DNA from: Solirubrobacteraceae bacterium
GTDB lineage: Bacteria; Actinomycetota; Thermoleophilia; Solirubrobacterales; Solirubrobacteraceae
Reading direction: 5' to 3'
NCBI GenBank assembly: GCA_052148275.1
Contig: JBKQIR010000013.1
Location: 17,446-81,445, forward strand
Length of the DNA: 64,000 bases
The position numbers were made by a program, and so were the translations under genes. This document shows positions 55,618 to 64,000 of the stretch, one piece after another. How positions within the stretch are numbered: the first letter of the stretch is position 1; each line of letters opens with the position of its first letter. The notes under the pieces are model-generated. The model did not search any database. It had not been told where the DNA came from and was given only the letters and a program-made list of their open reading frames with translations.

Positions 55618-56244
55618 TCATGCACCCGAGGTTCCCGTCGCGCCGGTAGCACCGGCCCTGCCAAAGCTGGGCCGCAGGCTCGCGCACGCTGCGTTCGCTG
55701 TCTTGAACGCCGGCGTGTTGAGCTGGCTGCGGAAGTTCGTGCCGCCACTGCCACCGCCAGCGCCGAACCCGAAACCACCGCCGCCCGGGCCACCGCCGCT
55801 GGTCGTCGGATCAGGAATGTTGACGCCGTGGGAGCGCATGCACTCGGCATACTTCACGAGCTCCTGGGTCCGCTGTGCGCGCTGCGCGGCCGTGAGATTC
55901 GCGGCGGGGAACGCCGCGGCGAGGTACTGCTTGCAAGCCGTCTCCGCCGCCTGCACCTTAGCGCGCGGATAGTTGCGAAGCGCCGAGAAGATGCTGCCGG
56001 CGCCACCGCCACCGCCACCCGTCGTGGAGCCTGAATCTGAGACGTTGATCCCGTGCGCGCGGAAGCACTTGGCGAGGTTCAACCGCGCCGTCGTCGAGCC
56101 GGCGGTCGTGCCGCTCCCGGCGCCCGCGGCGGCGCTGGAGCTGCTCGACACCGATGATCCACACGCGCCCACCGCGACGGCGACCGTGAGAACAGAAAGC
56201 GCGACCAGCAAACGTCTCGGCATGAATGTGACTGTGGTGAACAT
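55618..56244 (-). CDS. Lipoprotein with two C(F/M)RxHG-xxPD repeats
   Basis: Lipobox VGAC; CFRAHGINV and CMRSHGVNIPDP...TPAFKTANAAC; AAGGAG SD before ATG 56244. Confidence 0.8.
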   Translation of the reverse strand: MFTTVTFMPRRLLVALSVLTVAVAVGACGSSVSSSSSAAAGAGSGTTAGSTTARLNLAKCFRAHGINVSDSGSTTGGGGGGAGSIFSALRNYPRAKVQAAETACKQYLAAAFPAANLTAAQRAQRTQELVKYAECMRSHGVNIPDPTTSGGGPGGGGFGFGAGGGSGGTNFRSQLNTPAFKTANAACASLRPSFGRAGATGATGTSGA

Positions 56245-56258
56245 TTTCAGATAGCTCC

Positions 56259-56390
56259 TTAGATAACGTTCCGGCCACGGGCTGATGCCACGCCTGCCGG
56301 GATCAGAGCGATCCCAGCCGCCAGCACAGCGACAGTGAAACCAACCGTGCGATGTCCAGCAGGACCACGAGCAGCCCTTTGAGCGCGCAT
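56259..56390 (-). pseudogene. 43-aa ORF that is essentially only a Sec signal peptide
   Basis: Manual translation MRAQRAARGPAGHRTVGFTVAVLAAGIALIPAGVASARGRNVI*. Its stop overlaps the lipoprotein SD. Confidence 0.4.
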
Positions 56391-56552
56391 GTTCAACTCC
56401 ATTTCGAAAACGACACTTCTCACGTTATCGACAGAACACCGATAGCTCGCGCTCCGTCGACCCGATTCTTACGACCTTCCTACACCCCTCATCGCGCTCG
56501 AACCAATAAGCGTCATTAAGCGACGCAGGCGTCGTTGTTGCCTTGATCGTGG

Positions 56553-56579
56553 TCAGGCGGGCCGTTCGCGCCCGCCTGA
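56553..56579. terminator. 10-bp hairpin, possible terminator
   Basis: tcaggcgggc-cgttcgc-gcccgcctga, about 100 nt downstream of the minus-strand gene ending at 56678. Confidence 0.35.
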
Positions 56580-56677
56580 AAGGGTCGCTCCAAGCACACG
56601 CAACACACGCGACGGTTTGCCACCGTTCTGCCACACGAGATCGCCAACGTGCTCGCACGGTTGGTATCGACTACGCG

Positions 56678-58213
56678 CTATGGATCAGCGAGATGGACGA
56701 CATCTTGAAGGCCTCGTTGCGTGTCACACGTGTGTGCGGGTCGCATGAAGACGTGACCGGAGCGATCTGCCAGATCGCGAATAGGCGGGCCGCCGCCCGC
56801 TACCAGAGGCGGGCTCGGGCCGCCGGTTGCGGTCGCGGTGACCGCCGCCGATGTGCTGGTGAACGGTCGTACCGGCGTGACGCGAGGCATCCAAAGCCCG
56901 TCGGCGCGGCTACGGCGGTGCATTGCCGCCAGTGCGCCGACGGCGCCCCAGCCGACCGGGACGAGGATCCAGAAGCTGATGACCCGGTACAGCATCACGC
57001 CGGCGATTGCCGTGGCGGCTGGCATGTGGTAGGCGATCAGCAAAACTGACAGAGTTCCTTCGACCACTCCGATCCCGCCCGGCGTGATTGGCAGGGCGGC
57101 GGCGATCTGCGTCAGTCCATAGGCGGCGAGCACTCCCTGCCAGGGCACGTGACCGCCGACGGCGAGGAGCGAGAACACGAGGCAGGCACAGTCAAAGACC
57201 CAGTTCAAGACCGCGGCGGCGATGCAGCGAAGCACCACCCGCGCCCGCGGTTGCGCTCCGTGGAGCTCGTGCGCGCCCGCATGCACGAGCTGGCCGGCGC
57301 GGCTCCAGCGCGCGCTCGCGCACAGACGCTGCACCCCACGGGAAGCGGCTGCGCGGAAGCGCGGCTGCCGCACCAGCAGCCCGCCCGCGAGGGCCGCGAG
57401 TCCGACAGCAGTGGTGAGCGCGGTCGCGATCACGCGGAACGGCGCTGCCGGGCCGGAGCTGCCGGCAAGATCGATACCGACCAGCGCGATGAGCAGCAGC
57501 GCGACGGCCGACATCACCCAGCTGACGGTGAGCGCGCTGGCCGTGAGCGATTTGCGTACGCCGCGGCGGCGCAGCTGATCGAATGAGAACGTGACCGCCC
57601 AGGCGGGCCCGCCCGGCAGCGTGATCGCCACGGCGTTGCTCGCGAGCGTCAGTACGATCATCGAGCCGAGCCGCAGGTTGACGCCGCCGGCGCGCAGCAA
57701 CAGGCGCGTGAGCTGCGCAAACGCGACCAGAGCGAGCGCCTCGGCGTAGATCGCCCAGCGAAGCGTCCGCCAATGCAGGTGCTTGAGCTGCGCGAACGCG
57801 GTCTCGACCGTCCCGAACTGCGAGGCGATGATGACCGCAGCGAGCGCGAGTACCGCGAGCATCACGCTCCACCGCGCGCACCGCAGCCACCAGGCGCATC
57901 GCTTGGATAAGTGCGTTGCTTCGGTGTCTTTGCTCGCGCGTTCCCGGGGGTGGTTCGCTGTGGGCCTGGCCGCGTCCTGCGCCCACTGCACCCGCACGCG
58001 CGCGAGCGCCCAGGCCGACAGCAGAAAACTGATCGCCAGATCAACAACGAGCCGCGACGCGCTGTGACGATCGTCGGCATCCACGACTCGCAAGCCACCG
58101 CCAACGGCGTTGGCGACCGCCACGAAGGCAAGCAAGCACAGGACCGAGGTGAGACGCTCACCACCCCACGGACGCTCGGCCCTTTGTGAACGTCGAGCCT
58201 CAGCGAGTCGCAT
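56678..58213 (-). CDS. Lysylphosphatidylglycerol-synthase TM / YbhN (flippase-like) membrane protein
   Basis: TLASNAVAITLPGG, AALPITPGGIGVVEG, MLYRVISFW. Start uncertain. Confidence 0.8.
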   Translation of the reverse strand: MRLAEARRSQRAERPWGGERLTSVLCLLAFVAVANAVGGGLRVVDADDRHSASRLVVDLAISFLLSAWALARVRVQWAQDAARPTANHPRERASKDTEATHLSKRCAWWLRCARWSVMLAVLALAAVIIASQFGTVETAFAQLKHLHWRTLRWAIYAEALALVAFAQLTRLLLRAGGVNLRLGSMIVLTLASNAVAITLPGGPAWAVTFSFDQLRRRGVRKSLTASALTVSWVMSAVALLLIALVGIDLAGSSGPAAPFRVIATALTTAVGLAALAGGLLVRQPRFRAAASRGVQRLCASARWSRAGQLVHAGAHELHGAQPRARVVLRCIAAAVLNWVFDCACLVFSLLAVGGHVPWQGVLAAYGLTQIAAALPITPGGIGVVEGTLSVLLIAYHMPAATAIAGVMLYRVISFWILVPVGWGAVGALAAMHRRSRADGLWMPRVTPVRPFTSTSAAVTATATGGPSPPLVAGGGPPIRDLADRSGHVFMRPAHTCDTQRGLQDVVHLADP

Positions 58214-58700
58214 TGCTTTCAAAGCCTTAGCTCGACGCTGCCCGACGAAGCTTGTGCTCAGGGCCGGCCGGCGAGCGTGCGATCGCCCGCGCACAGCGTC
58301 GGTCGCGCACACAGCGATGAGAGCTATTGGAGAGCAAATTGAAACAGTGCGGGCCTGAAGGCTTGAGCTGAGTGGAGCACCCGGTAGCTGTTATCGGCAA
58401 TCCCACCACGTGAACCAACCAGCCAGCGAAGAATCGCCGAATAAGAGCCGAAGAGCGATAAGCGGACGGTGCGCAGTCCGGGTCGTGTGATGTGGTTACG
58501 AGTAAAACTCGTCGCCGGGGCATTGCGTTGTCACTACCGGGAGGGCCGGAAGGCCAAGATGTCCAAGGCGCGCATGCAACTCGCCGACGAGGAGCGCGAG
58601 CAGCGCTGGAAGTGTCCTATGAATTGTGTGCGACGGCTTTGGCTGCGGACGCCAGAGGTGATGAGGCGGGCGCGCGGGGCGCGGTTGTGGCTCGTCGACG

Positions 58701-58985
58701 CTACTTGCTGTGTGAGCCCCAGTACGCCTCGGCCTCCGCCTCCATGACGGCCAGGCGGGAGTAGTAGTCCGGAAACTCGTTTAGGTGTGCCCGAGCGATC
58801 TTCGCGGTTACGTCCGTATCGTCGTCAGTGACGTTCGTCTCCAGGTCATGAGTGCCGTGCTCGAGCTCGACGTTCATCCCCATCCGGAACTGCTCGACAT
58901 CGAAATGAGATGTCGCCCAGTCGATCCCGATCCGCTCGCCGGCGGCACTGGCCGCGTCCGTCGTGAACTTCTGCTTCTCGTTCAT
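58701..58985 (-). CDS. DUF5661-like small acidic protein
   Basis: FRMGMNVELEHG...TDDD..VTAKIARAHLNEFPDYYSRL..ME. Start at ATG 58985. Confidence 0.75.
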   Translation of the reverse strand: MNEKQKFTTDAASAAGERIGIDWATSHFDVEQFRMGMNVELEHGTHDLETNVTDDDTDVTAKIARAHLNEFPDYYSRLAVMEAEAEAYWGSHSK

Positions 58986-59074
58986 GGCCGACAGCGTAGG
59001 GCCTCCGATTCGGCATCGATACGGAAAGCGCGCCGCAACGTCCCGCGCGGCCTGGTTGATCGTGTCGCAGCGGA

Positions 59075-59806
59075 TCAGCCCAGCACGGCGAGCACACCCA
59101 GGTCGTAAGCCCGCCGAAGACATTGGCGTCGGCTCGCTGGTCCGATACCTCCGAAGACGACCGCTCCGTCGCTCGTGATCAGCGACCAGCCGCGCTCAGT
59201 GGCCCGGAGCCAAAGGCGATCAACCGCGGCCGGGCAGTGGCGCACGGCGCCTTGGGCTCGAGTCTCGAATGCTGGAGACGTTTGAGCTACTGGGGCTCCC
59301 CGCCGCAGTTTGCGGGTGATTGCGCCATCCGGTGCATCGCGAGTTGTGCCGTTGATCGGGCTCGGGGTGAGCGATCGCTGTGCGGGCGGCCATTCCGAGA
59401 TCGAGTAGCCGTAGAACCCGATCCAGCCGAGGATCTGCCGGCCTGTGATCGAGAACGCCGCCCGCTCGAGTTGCGCGAGCTCGCGGGCGGCGATCTTGTC
59501 AGCGACCCACGGTGGCGCGTTGCGTCCGGTGAGGTCGCGCAGCAGAGCGTGTGCCAGGCGTCGGGCCCCGCCTGTGCTGGGCCAGCCCCAGCCGAACGTG
59601 CCGCGCTCGGGGGCGGGCATGTATTCGGCGCCGGTGTCGCGAACCACCAGGACGGTCGGGACGCCGGCTTCCCGCTTTCCGACGTAGATCTGGTCGAGGC
59701 CGCGTCGCGACAGTCCGCCGGCGCCCGTGGTCGCTCGTGCGCTCAGGCCGTCGCGCTCGGACGCGGGCGGTTGCGCGTTGCGGCTGATCTGCTCTGTTGT
59801 GAACAT
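59075..59806 (-). CDS. Hypothetical protein with a DUF6166-like domain
   Basis: FGWGWPSTGGARRLAHALLRDLTG...FSITGRQILGWI. Start estimated at ATG 59806. Confidence 0.5.
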   Translation of the reverse strand: MFTTEQISRNAQPPASERDGLSARATTGAGGLSRRGLDQIYVGKREAGVPTVLVVRDTGAEYMPAPERGTFGWGWPSTGGARRLAHALLRDLTGRNAPPWVADKIAARELAQLERAAFSITGRQILGWIGFYGYSISEWPPAQRSLTPSPINGTTRDAPDGAITRKLRRGAPVAQTSPAFETRAQGAVRHCPAAVDRLWLRATERGWSLITSDGAVVFGGIGPASRRQCLRRAYDLGVLAVLG

Positions 59807-59844
59807 CGGGGCACTTCCCTTCCACGGGGAGGTTTTGGCTGTGT

Positions 59845-61332
59845 TCACAGCTTGCCAATCGGTGCTGTCAGTGGCCTGTGTGCCACCTGTGATTCAGCTG
59901 TGGGTTTGGCGAGCGGCAGCGTGACCTCGAACCTCGTGCCTGCACCAGGCTCTGAGCTCATTGAGGCGGTGCCGTGGTGGGCGTTCATGATCGCCGCGAC
60001 GATCGCCAGACCCAGGCCGCTTCCGGAGATCGGTCCCGAGGCGCTCTGTGCGGTTGATCTGCCGCGGTAGAAGCGCTCAAAGACATGCTCTGCCTCCTCG
60101 GGGTCGATGCCCTCGCCCTCATCGGCGACCGCGAGCGTCGCCTGCCCCTCGTGGATCGCTGTGCTCACGTGCACGGGTGTGCCGGGATCCGTGTGGATCT
60201 GAGCATTCGCGACGAGATTGGCCGCGACCTGCCGCAGGCGCTGCTCGTCGCCCAACACGATCACGGGACCTGGGGCGCGGATGTCGATCGGCCGGGCGGG
60301 ATCTCGGGCGCGGGCGTCCTGAAGTGCGTCGAGCGCGATCTGTGCCAGATCGACATGCCGGCGCTCGAGCGGCCGCTCTTCATCGAGGCGCGCGAGCAGC
60401 AGCATGTCGTCGATCAGCATGCCCATGCGAGTGGCTTCGGATTCGATTCTCGCCATCGACTTCGCGAGGTCCTGCGGGTTGTCCTGCGCTCCGCGGCGAA
60501 ACAGCGCCGCGTACCCCCGGATCGAGGTCAGCGGAGTTCGCAGCTCGTGCGACGCACCCGCGACGAATCGCCGCAATTGCGCCTCGGAGCGGTCCCGCCG
60601 CGCGAACGCGTCCTCGAGACGTTCGAGCATCCCGTTGAGCGCAAGCCCGAGTCTGCCGATCTCGGTGTGCGCGTCGGCTGGGGCGACGCGCACGTCCAGG
60701 TCACCGTCCGCGATCCCCGCGGCCGTTTCGGCGATCCGCTCGAGCGGGCGAAGACCGGCGCGTAACAGCACGAACGCGCCGACCGCCAGCAGCGCCAGCA
60801 CGATCCCGGCGACGATCAGCTCGACGTGCACGAGCCGGTTGAGCGTGTCGCTCACGATATCCAGCGGAACGGCAACCACAAGGATCCCCCGCGCGCCTGG
60901 CAGCAAGCTCACCTGCGCGCGGTAGCGCGCCGTCCCACGCACGGCGCCGACGTCGAACCGCGAGGCGGCCGAGCGCGTCGAGCTCGAATGCGGCGGCGGC
61001 TGCAGCACCGTCGGCAAACGTGGCGGTGGGCTGGGCTCATCGTAGGGCCCCACCTGAACCGACGCCAGGACCTGGTTGCCGGTCGTACGCAGCTGCACGA
61101 ACGTCTCCGGCGACGCGATGTTCCGCAGGACCTTTGTGCTCACCACCAGGCCGGTGCTATGCCTGGGCGCGCTCACGACCCCGTCCACCAGGCGCCGGGC
61201 GGCCACGAGCTGCTGATCGACGCGATCGAGCAGGAAGGAGCGCAGCGCGAGATAGGTGCCGCCACCGGCCGCGAGCAGCCCCGCCAGGCACAGCCCGAGC
61301 AGCCCGCTCAGCAGGCGAGTCCGCAGCGACAT
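59845..61332 (-). CDS. Sensor histidine kinase (HAMP-HisKA-HATPase)
   Basis: AGASHELRTPLTSIRGY, NLVANA, DEGEG, FERFYRG, GSGLGLAIV; TGATG coupling to the regulator. Confidence 0.93.
   Translation of the reverse strand: MSLRTRLLSGLLGLCLAGLLAAGGGTYLALRSFLLDRVDQQLVAARRLVDGVVSAPRHSTGLVVSTKVLRNIASPETFVQLRTTGNQVLASVQVGPYDEPSPPPRLPTVLQPPPHSSSTRSAASRFDVGAVRGTARYRAQVSLLPGARGILVVAVPLDIVSDTLNRLVHVELIVAGIVLALLAVGAFVLLRAGLRPLERIAETAAGIADGDLDVRVAPADAHTEIGRLGLALNGMLERLEDAFARRDRSEAQLRRFVAGASHELRTPLTSIRGYAALFRRGAQDNPQDLAKSMARIESEATRMGMLIDDMLLLARLDEERPLERRHVDLAQIALDALQDARARDPARPIDIRAPGPVIVLGDEQRLRQVAANLVANAQIHTDPGTPVHVSTAIHEGQATLAVADEGEGIDPEEAEHVFERFYRGRSTAQSASGPISGSGLGLAIVAAIMNAHHGTASMSSEPGAGTRFEVTLPLAKPTAESQVAHRPLTAPIGKL
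59865..59892 (-). promoter_or_regulatory. Three 11-bp-periodic hexamers (TCACAG/ACACAG/TGACAG) upstream of the 59806 gene
   Basis: ctgtca 59865, ctgtgt 59876, ctgtga 59887 on the plus strand. Confidence 0.5.
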
Positions 61333-62042
61333 CAACGGGACGCCGCTCGCAGGCTGTAGCCGAACCCGCGCACGGTGTGGATGAGCGGGTCTCCCGTGGC
61401 ATCGACCTTCTTACGTAGATAGCTGATGAACGTCTCGACCACGTTCGCGTCACCCCCGAAGTCGTACTGCCAGACGTGGTCGAGGATCTGAGCCTTCGAC
61501 AGCACCCGGCCAGCGTTCAGCAGCAGGAATCTCAGCAGCCGGAACTCCGTCGGGGTCAGCGTGATCGCACGATCCGCGCGGTACACCTCGAGCGTGTCCT
61601 CGTCGAGCACGAGATCCGCGTACGCCAAGCGGCCGGAAACCTCATCCCGATCGCCGCTGGTTCGCCTGACGATCGCGCGGACCCGAGCGATGAGCTCGTC
61701 GAGGCTGAACGGCTTGGTCAGGTAGTCATCGCCGCCGATCGTCAGCCCGGCGATCTTGTCCTCGGTGCCGTCGCGCGCGGTCAGGAAGATCACCGGGACC
61801 CTGATACCGTCCGCCCGCAGACGACGGCACACCTCGAACCCGTCGGTATCCGGCAGCCGAACATCGAGAATCACCACTGCCGGCCTCGATTCCATCACCG
61901 CCCGCAGCGCACCGCGCCCATCGCCGACAGTGACGGCCTCGAACCCCTCGTAGCGCAGACCGAGCGCCACCAGCTCGGTGATGTTCGGCTCATCATCGAC
62001 GACCACTACCCGCACACCCTCATCGGATCCGCGCGAGCTCAT
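61332..62042 (-). CDS. OmpR-family response regulator (TcrX/MprA-like)
   Basis: VVVVDDEP, ILDVRLPD, IFLTARD, GGDDYLTKPF, VETFISYLRKK, HTVRGFGY. Start at ATG 62042. Confidence 0.95.
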   Translation of the reverse strand: MSSRGSDEGVRVVVVDDEPNITELVALGLRYEGFEAVTVGDGRGALRAVMESRPAVVILDVRLPDTDGFEVCRRLRADGIRVPVIFLTARDGTEDKIAGLTIGGDDYLTKPFSLDELIARVRAIVRRTSGDRDEVSGRLAYADLVLDEDTLEVYRADRAITLTPTEFRLLRFLLLNAGRVLSKAQILDHVWQYDFGGDANVVETFISYLRKKVDATGDPLIHTVRGFGYSLRAASR

Positions 62043-62064
62043 GCCAAGAGCTTGACATCGCATC

Positions 62065-62081
62065 CTGTGAGTTTTCTGTGA
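62065..62081 (-). promoter_or_regulatory. TCACAG-N5-TCACAG direct repeat, candidate autoregulatory box
   Basis: ctgtga at 62065 and 62076, about 23 nt upstream of the regulator ATG. Confidence 0.6.
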
Positions 62082-62104
62082 CCGGCACCGACATGTCGGT
62101 GCCA

Positions 62105-62830
62105 TCACGTGTTGACCCACACGCTGAGCCCGGTCCCGATCTTCTGTGGCTGCACAGCTCGGTGGTGGTGATGGAGGAGCCCCGCGACCCCGGCCGTCAC
62201 GATGAACACGCCGATCAGCACCGCGAACGAGGCCAGCACCGCCGGCCAGTGCGCGTAGAGCTTGTCGCGTGTGCGGGCGATGCTGGCGAGGGCGCTATCG
62301 CCGGCGAGCGCGAGCACCAGGACGATCCCGATCAGCGGCGCCACGAAGCAGACGTTGAACAGCACCAGCAGCGTGATCTGTCGCGTCGTGTCGACGCCCG
62401 ACCCCACGATCGCTGCGATCGCGGCGAAGTACGGGAACGCCGTCGGCAGCTCGACCGCCGTGATCGTGGCACCGAGAATCGCGCTCGAGCGTCCCTCGGG
62501 CTTGGTACCTGGCGGCTCGCGCTGAGCGAGCCAGCTGCGGCGCCACCAGAGGAAGCACGCAACCCCGAGCATCGCCGCACCCACTACGATCTCGAGGACG
62601 TGTGCAGCCTCGCGAAGCGGGTGCGCGAACGCTGAGAGCAGAAGCTGACCCGGGCCAAGCGCGATCGCAACGCCGCCGGCGAGGTAGACGGCGAACACGG
62701 CGAGCGTGAACTCGGCGACGCGCCGGCGACCGCCGTGTCCTCCCGCCAGATAGAGCCCCGGCCCGATCGTCGTCGGGTTGAGCGCGTCGGCGAGCCCGAT
62801 CGAGACCACGAGACCGACTAGCCGCAGCAT
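62105..62830 (-). CDS. GAP/Sap family (glycolipid-addressing) membrane protein
   Basis: GLADALNPTTIG, ELPTAFPYFAAIA, LFNVCFVAP; six TM segments. Start at ATG 62830. Confidence 0.8.
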   Translation of the reverse strand: MLRLVGLVVSIGLADALNPTTIGPGLYLAGGHGGRRRVAEFTLAVFAVYLAGGVAIALGPGQLLLSAFAHPLREAAHVLEIVVGAAMLGVACFLWWRRSWLAQREPPGTKPEGRSSAILGATITAVELPTAFPYFAAIAAIVGSGVDTTRQITLLVLFNVCFVAPLIGIVLVLALAGDSALASIARTRDKLYAHWPAVLASFAVLIGVFIVTAGVAGLLHHHHRAVQPQKIGTGLSVWVNT

Positions 62831-63012
62831 GAACGCTCCCGAAATTCCACCAGGCGCGCTTCGGCGCCTGCTGCGATGTTCGTACAGATGGCGGCGGCGG
62901 CGACGAGGGGCGCGTTGTCCGCTCGTGCACACCCTCGAGAGTGCGGCCGCAGACAGGTCACCACACCGCCCGCGGCGGGCATGAGAACGTCGGTGACAAG
63001 CGCGATGCGCAT
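62818..63012 (-). pseudogene. N-terminal remnant of a GT4 glycosyltransferase
   Basis: MRIALVTDVLMPAAGGVVTCL is the GT4 first-strand/GGV motif; similarity is lost after about 21 codons. Confidence 0.55.
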
Positions 63013-63153
63013 CAAACGAGAGGCAAGTGGAAGGCGGCCCGTAGGACGCTAGACGAAGCTCCTCAATCGGATCTGAGGCGCTCGTGAGATGACTCTCAGA
63101 AACGGAGCACAGGTCCTTGCCGCGCGGGCCAGTGGTGACGCGACGCGGGCCGC

Positions 63154-64000
63154 TCAGCGCAGGTACACGGCGAAGAAGTCGCGGTCGTCTGGCGTGAGGT
63201 AACGCTGTGGTGAGCGATCCATGGTTGGCAGCAGGTTCGCGGGATCGCCAGCACCCGGGTAGCGGTAGGTGATGAAGCTCGGCCAGTAGGTGTTGATGTC
63301 GAGCTCCATCGCGCGCACTGCGCCCGCGTGGATCATGATCGCCGCCAGCGAGGCGACGGTCTGGTAGTCCGCCGCGGCGTAGATCAGGTTGCCGTAGCGG
63401 TCGACGCCGACCGCCGAGCGCCAGACGCGAATCGCGTTACCCAGCGTCGCCCCCCACTGCGCTCCGTCGGACAGGTTCGGGTTGGGCCGTCCCCCGTTGA
63501 CGATGAGCGGCAGGTTCTGTCGGGCGTAGACGACGTCGGAACCGGCGTTGGGTCCGCCTGTCCACGCGGCGACGTCGATCCGGCCGTCGCGATATCGCAG
63601 GATCGTGGCGAGGCCTGATGTGAGTGGCGCGTAGGTGTGTCCGTCGATCACGACCCCGCCTCCGGAGTCGCTCAGCTTGAAGGCGCTGTTGAACGTCGCC
63701 ACGAGACCGGGGCGCAGCGATGGCGGAACCTCCATCGGCCCCCGAGATGGCAGCGGCACGCTCGGCTCGAGCCGGCCGGGGTACAGCCAGGTTGAGGTTT
63801 GGGTGTGGTCGATCCAGGCGACGCCGGCGACCATCTGTGGATAGGCGGGATCGCTGCGGAAGTCCGTCACGAGCACCGGCGGTCGCGCGCCTCCGTCCGC
63901 GAACGTCGCGCGCCACACGCCCTCGCCGGGCAGCGCGGGGGAGATCACCGGCCGAATCTGGGGTGGACGGTAGTAGAGGAGAGGGTGGTGCGGCGCGGCG
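63154..64000 (-). CDS. Phosphodiester glycosidase (NAGPA/DUF2233-like) family protein (partial, starts beyond the right edge)
   Basis: LVATFNSAF...GG, RQNLPLIV.GG, WRSAVG, GAVRAMELDIN. Confidence 0.8.
   Translation of the reverse strand, partial: AAPHHPLLYYRPPQIRPVISPALPGEGVWRATFADGGARPPVLVTDFRSDPAYPQMVAGVAWIDHTQTSTWLYPGRLEPSVPLPSRGPMEVPPSLRPGLVATFNSAFKLSDSGGGVVIDGHTYAPLTSGLATILRYRDGRIDVAAWTGGPNAGSDVVYARQNLPLIVNGGRPNPNLSDGAQWGATLGNAIRVWRSAVGVDRYGNLIYAAADYQTVASLAAIMIHAGAVRAMELDINTYWPSFITYRYPGAGDPANLLPTMDRSPQRYLTPDDRDFFAVYLR

Noticed and set aside
58486-58501. CRP/GlxR site
   Set aside because: Only the TGTGA half-site matches; the second half (TACGA) is too far from TCACA.
58214-58700. Gene in the AT-richer gap upstream of the YbhN-like gene
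   Set aside because: The short ORFs on both strands have no recognisable motif or convincing RBS, so no call is supported.
1-64000. tRNA, rRNA, tmRNA, IS elements, integrase or att sites, prophage genes
   Set aside because: No T-loop/acceptor-stem patterns, transposase or recombinase motifs, terminal inverted repeats or virion genes were recognised by eye. A tRNAscan/Infernal/ISEScan run would be the definitive test.

Overview
A very GC-rich bacterial chromosomal window. The gene content and protein style suggest an actinobacterium of the Thermoleophilia/Solirubrobacterales type (inference). I found no rRNA, tRNA, CRISPR array, transposase or phage structural genes. About 1-30 kb is mostly intact metabolic and stress genes: proC, two USPs, an RlpA-like protein, three tandem aldo/keto reductases, a mycobacterial-Sdh1-type succinate dehydrogenase operon, a PfkB kinase, an LLM oxidoreductase, an orphan UDP-sulfoquinovose synthase (sqdB), a CopG-VOC-VOC operon, an aminotransferase and a SARP/BTAD regulator module. 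Embedded in it is an orphan 991-aa protein with an eCIS-cargo-like N-terminus, a degenerate OmpA-like domain and three Cys-containing repeats; this is the most unusual single gene. About 30-43 kb holds greA, a coiled-coil/GAF protein, an mntR-Nramp-like operon with a visible promoter/operator, a 6x IPT/TIG surface protein and a polymerase-dead PolX-PHP. About 43-64 kb is an accessory, partly decayed region. It has two OmpR-type two-component systems with 11-bp-periodic candidate binding boxes, a diguanylate cyclase and an N5-(carboxyethyl)ornithine synthase. It also has many gene remnants: ECF sigma, PAS, LivJ-like binding protein, a MacAB-type exporter with a deletion fusion, a GT4 N-terminus and an orphan signal peptide. 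All family assignments come from motif recognition by eye; no database search was run. Several start codons differ from the ORF track and are my estimates.
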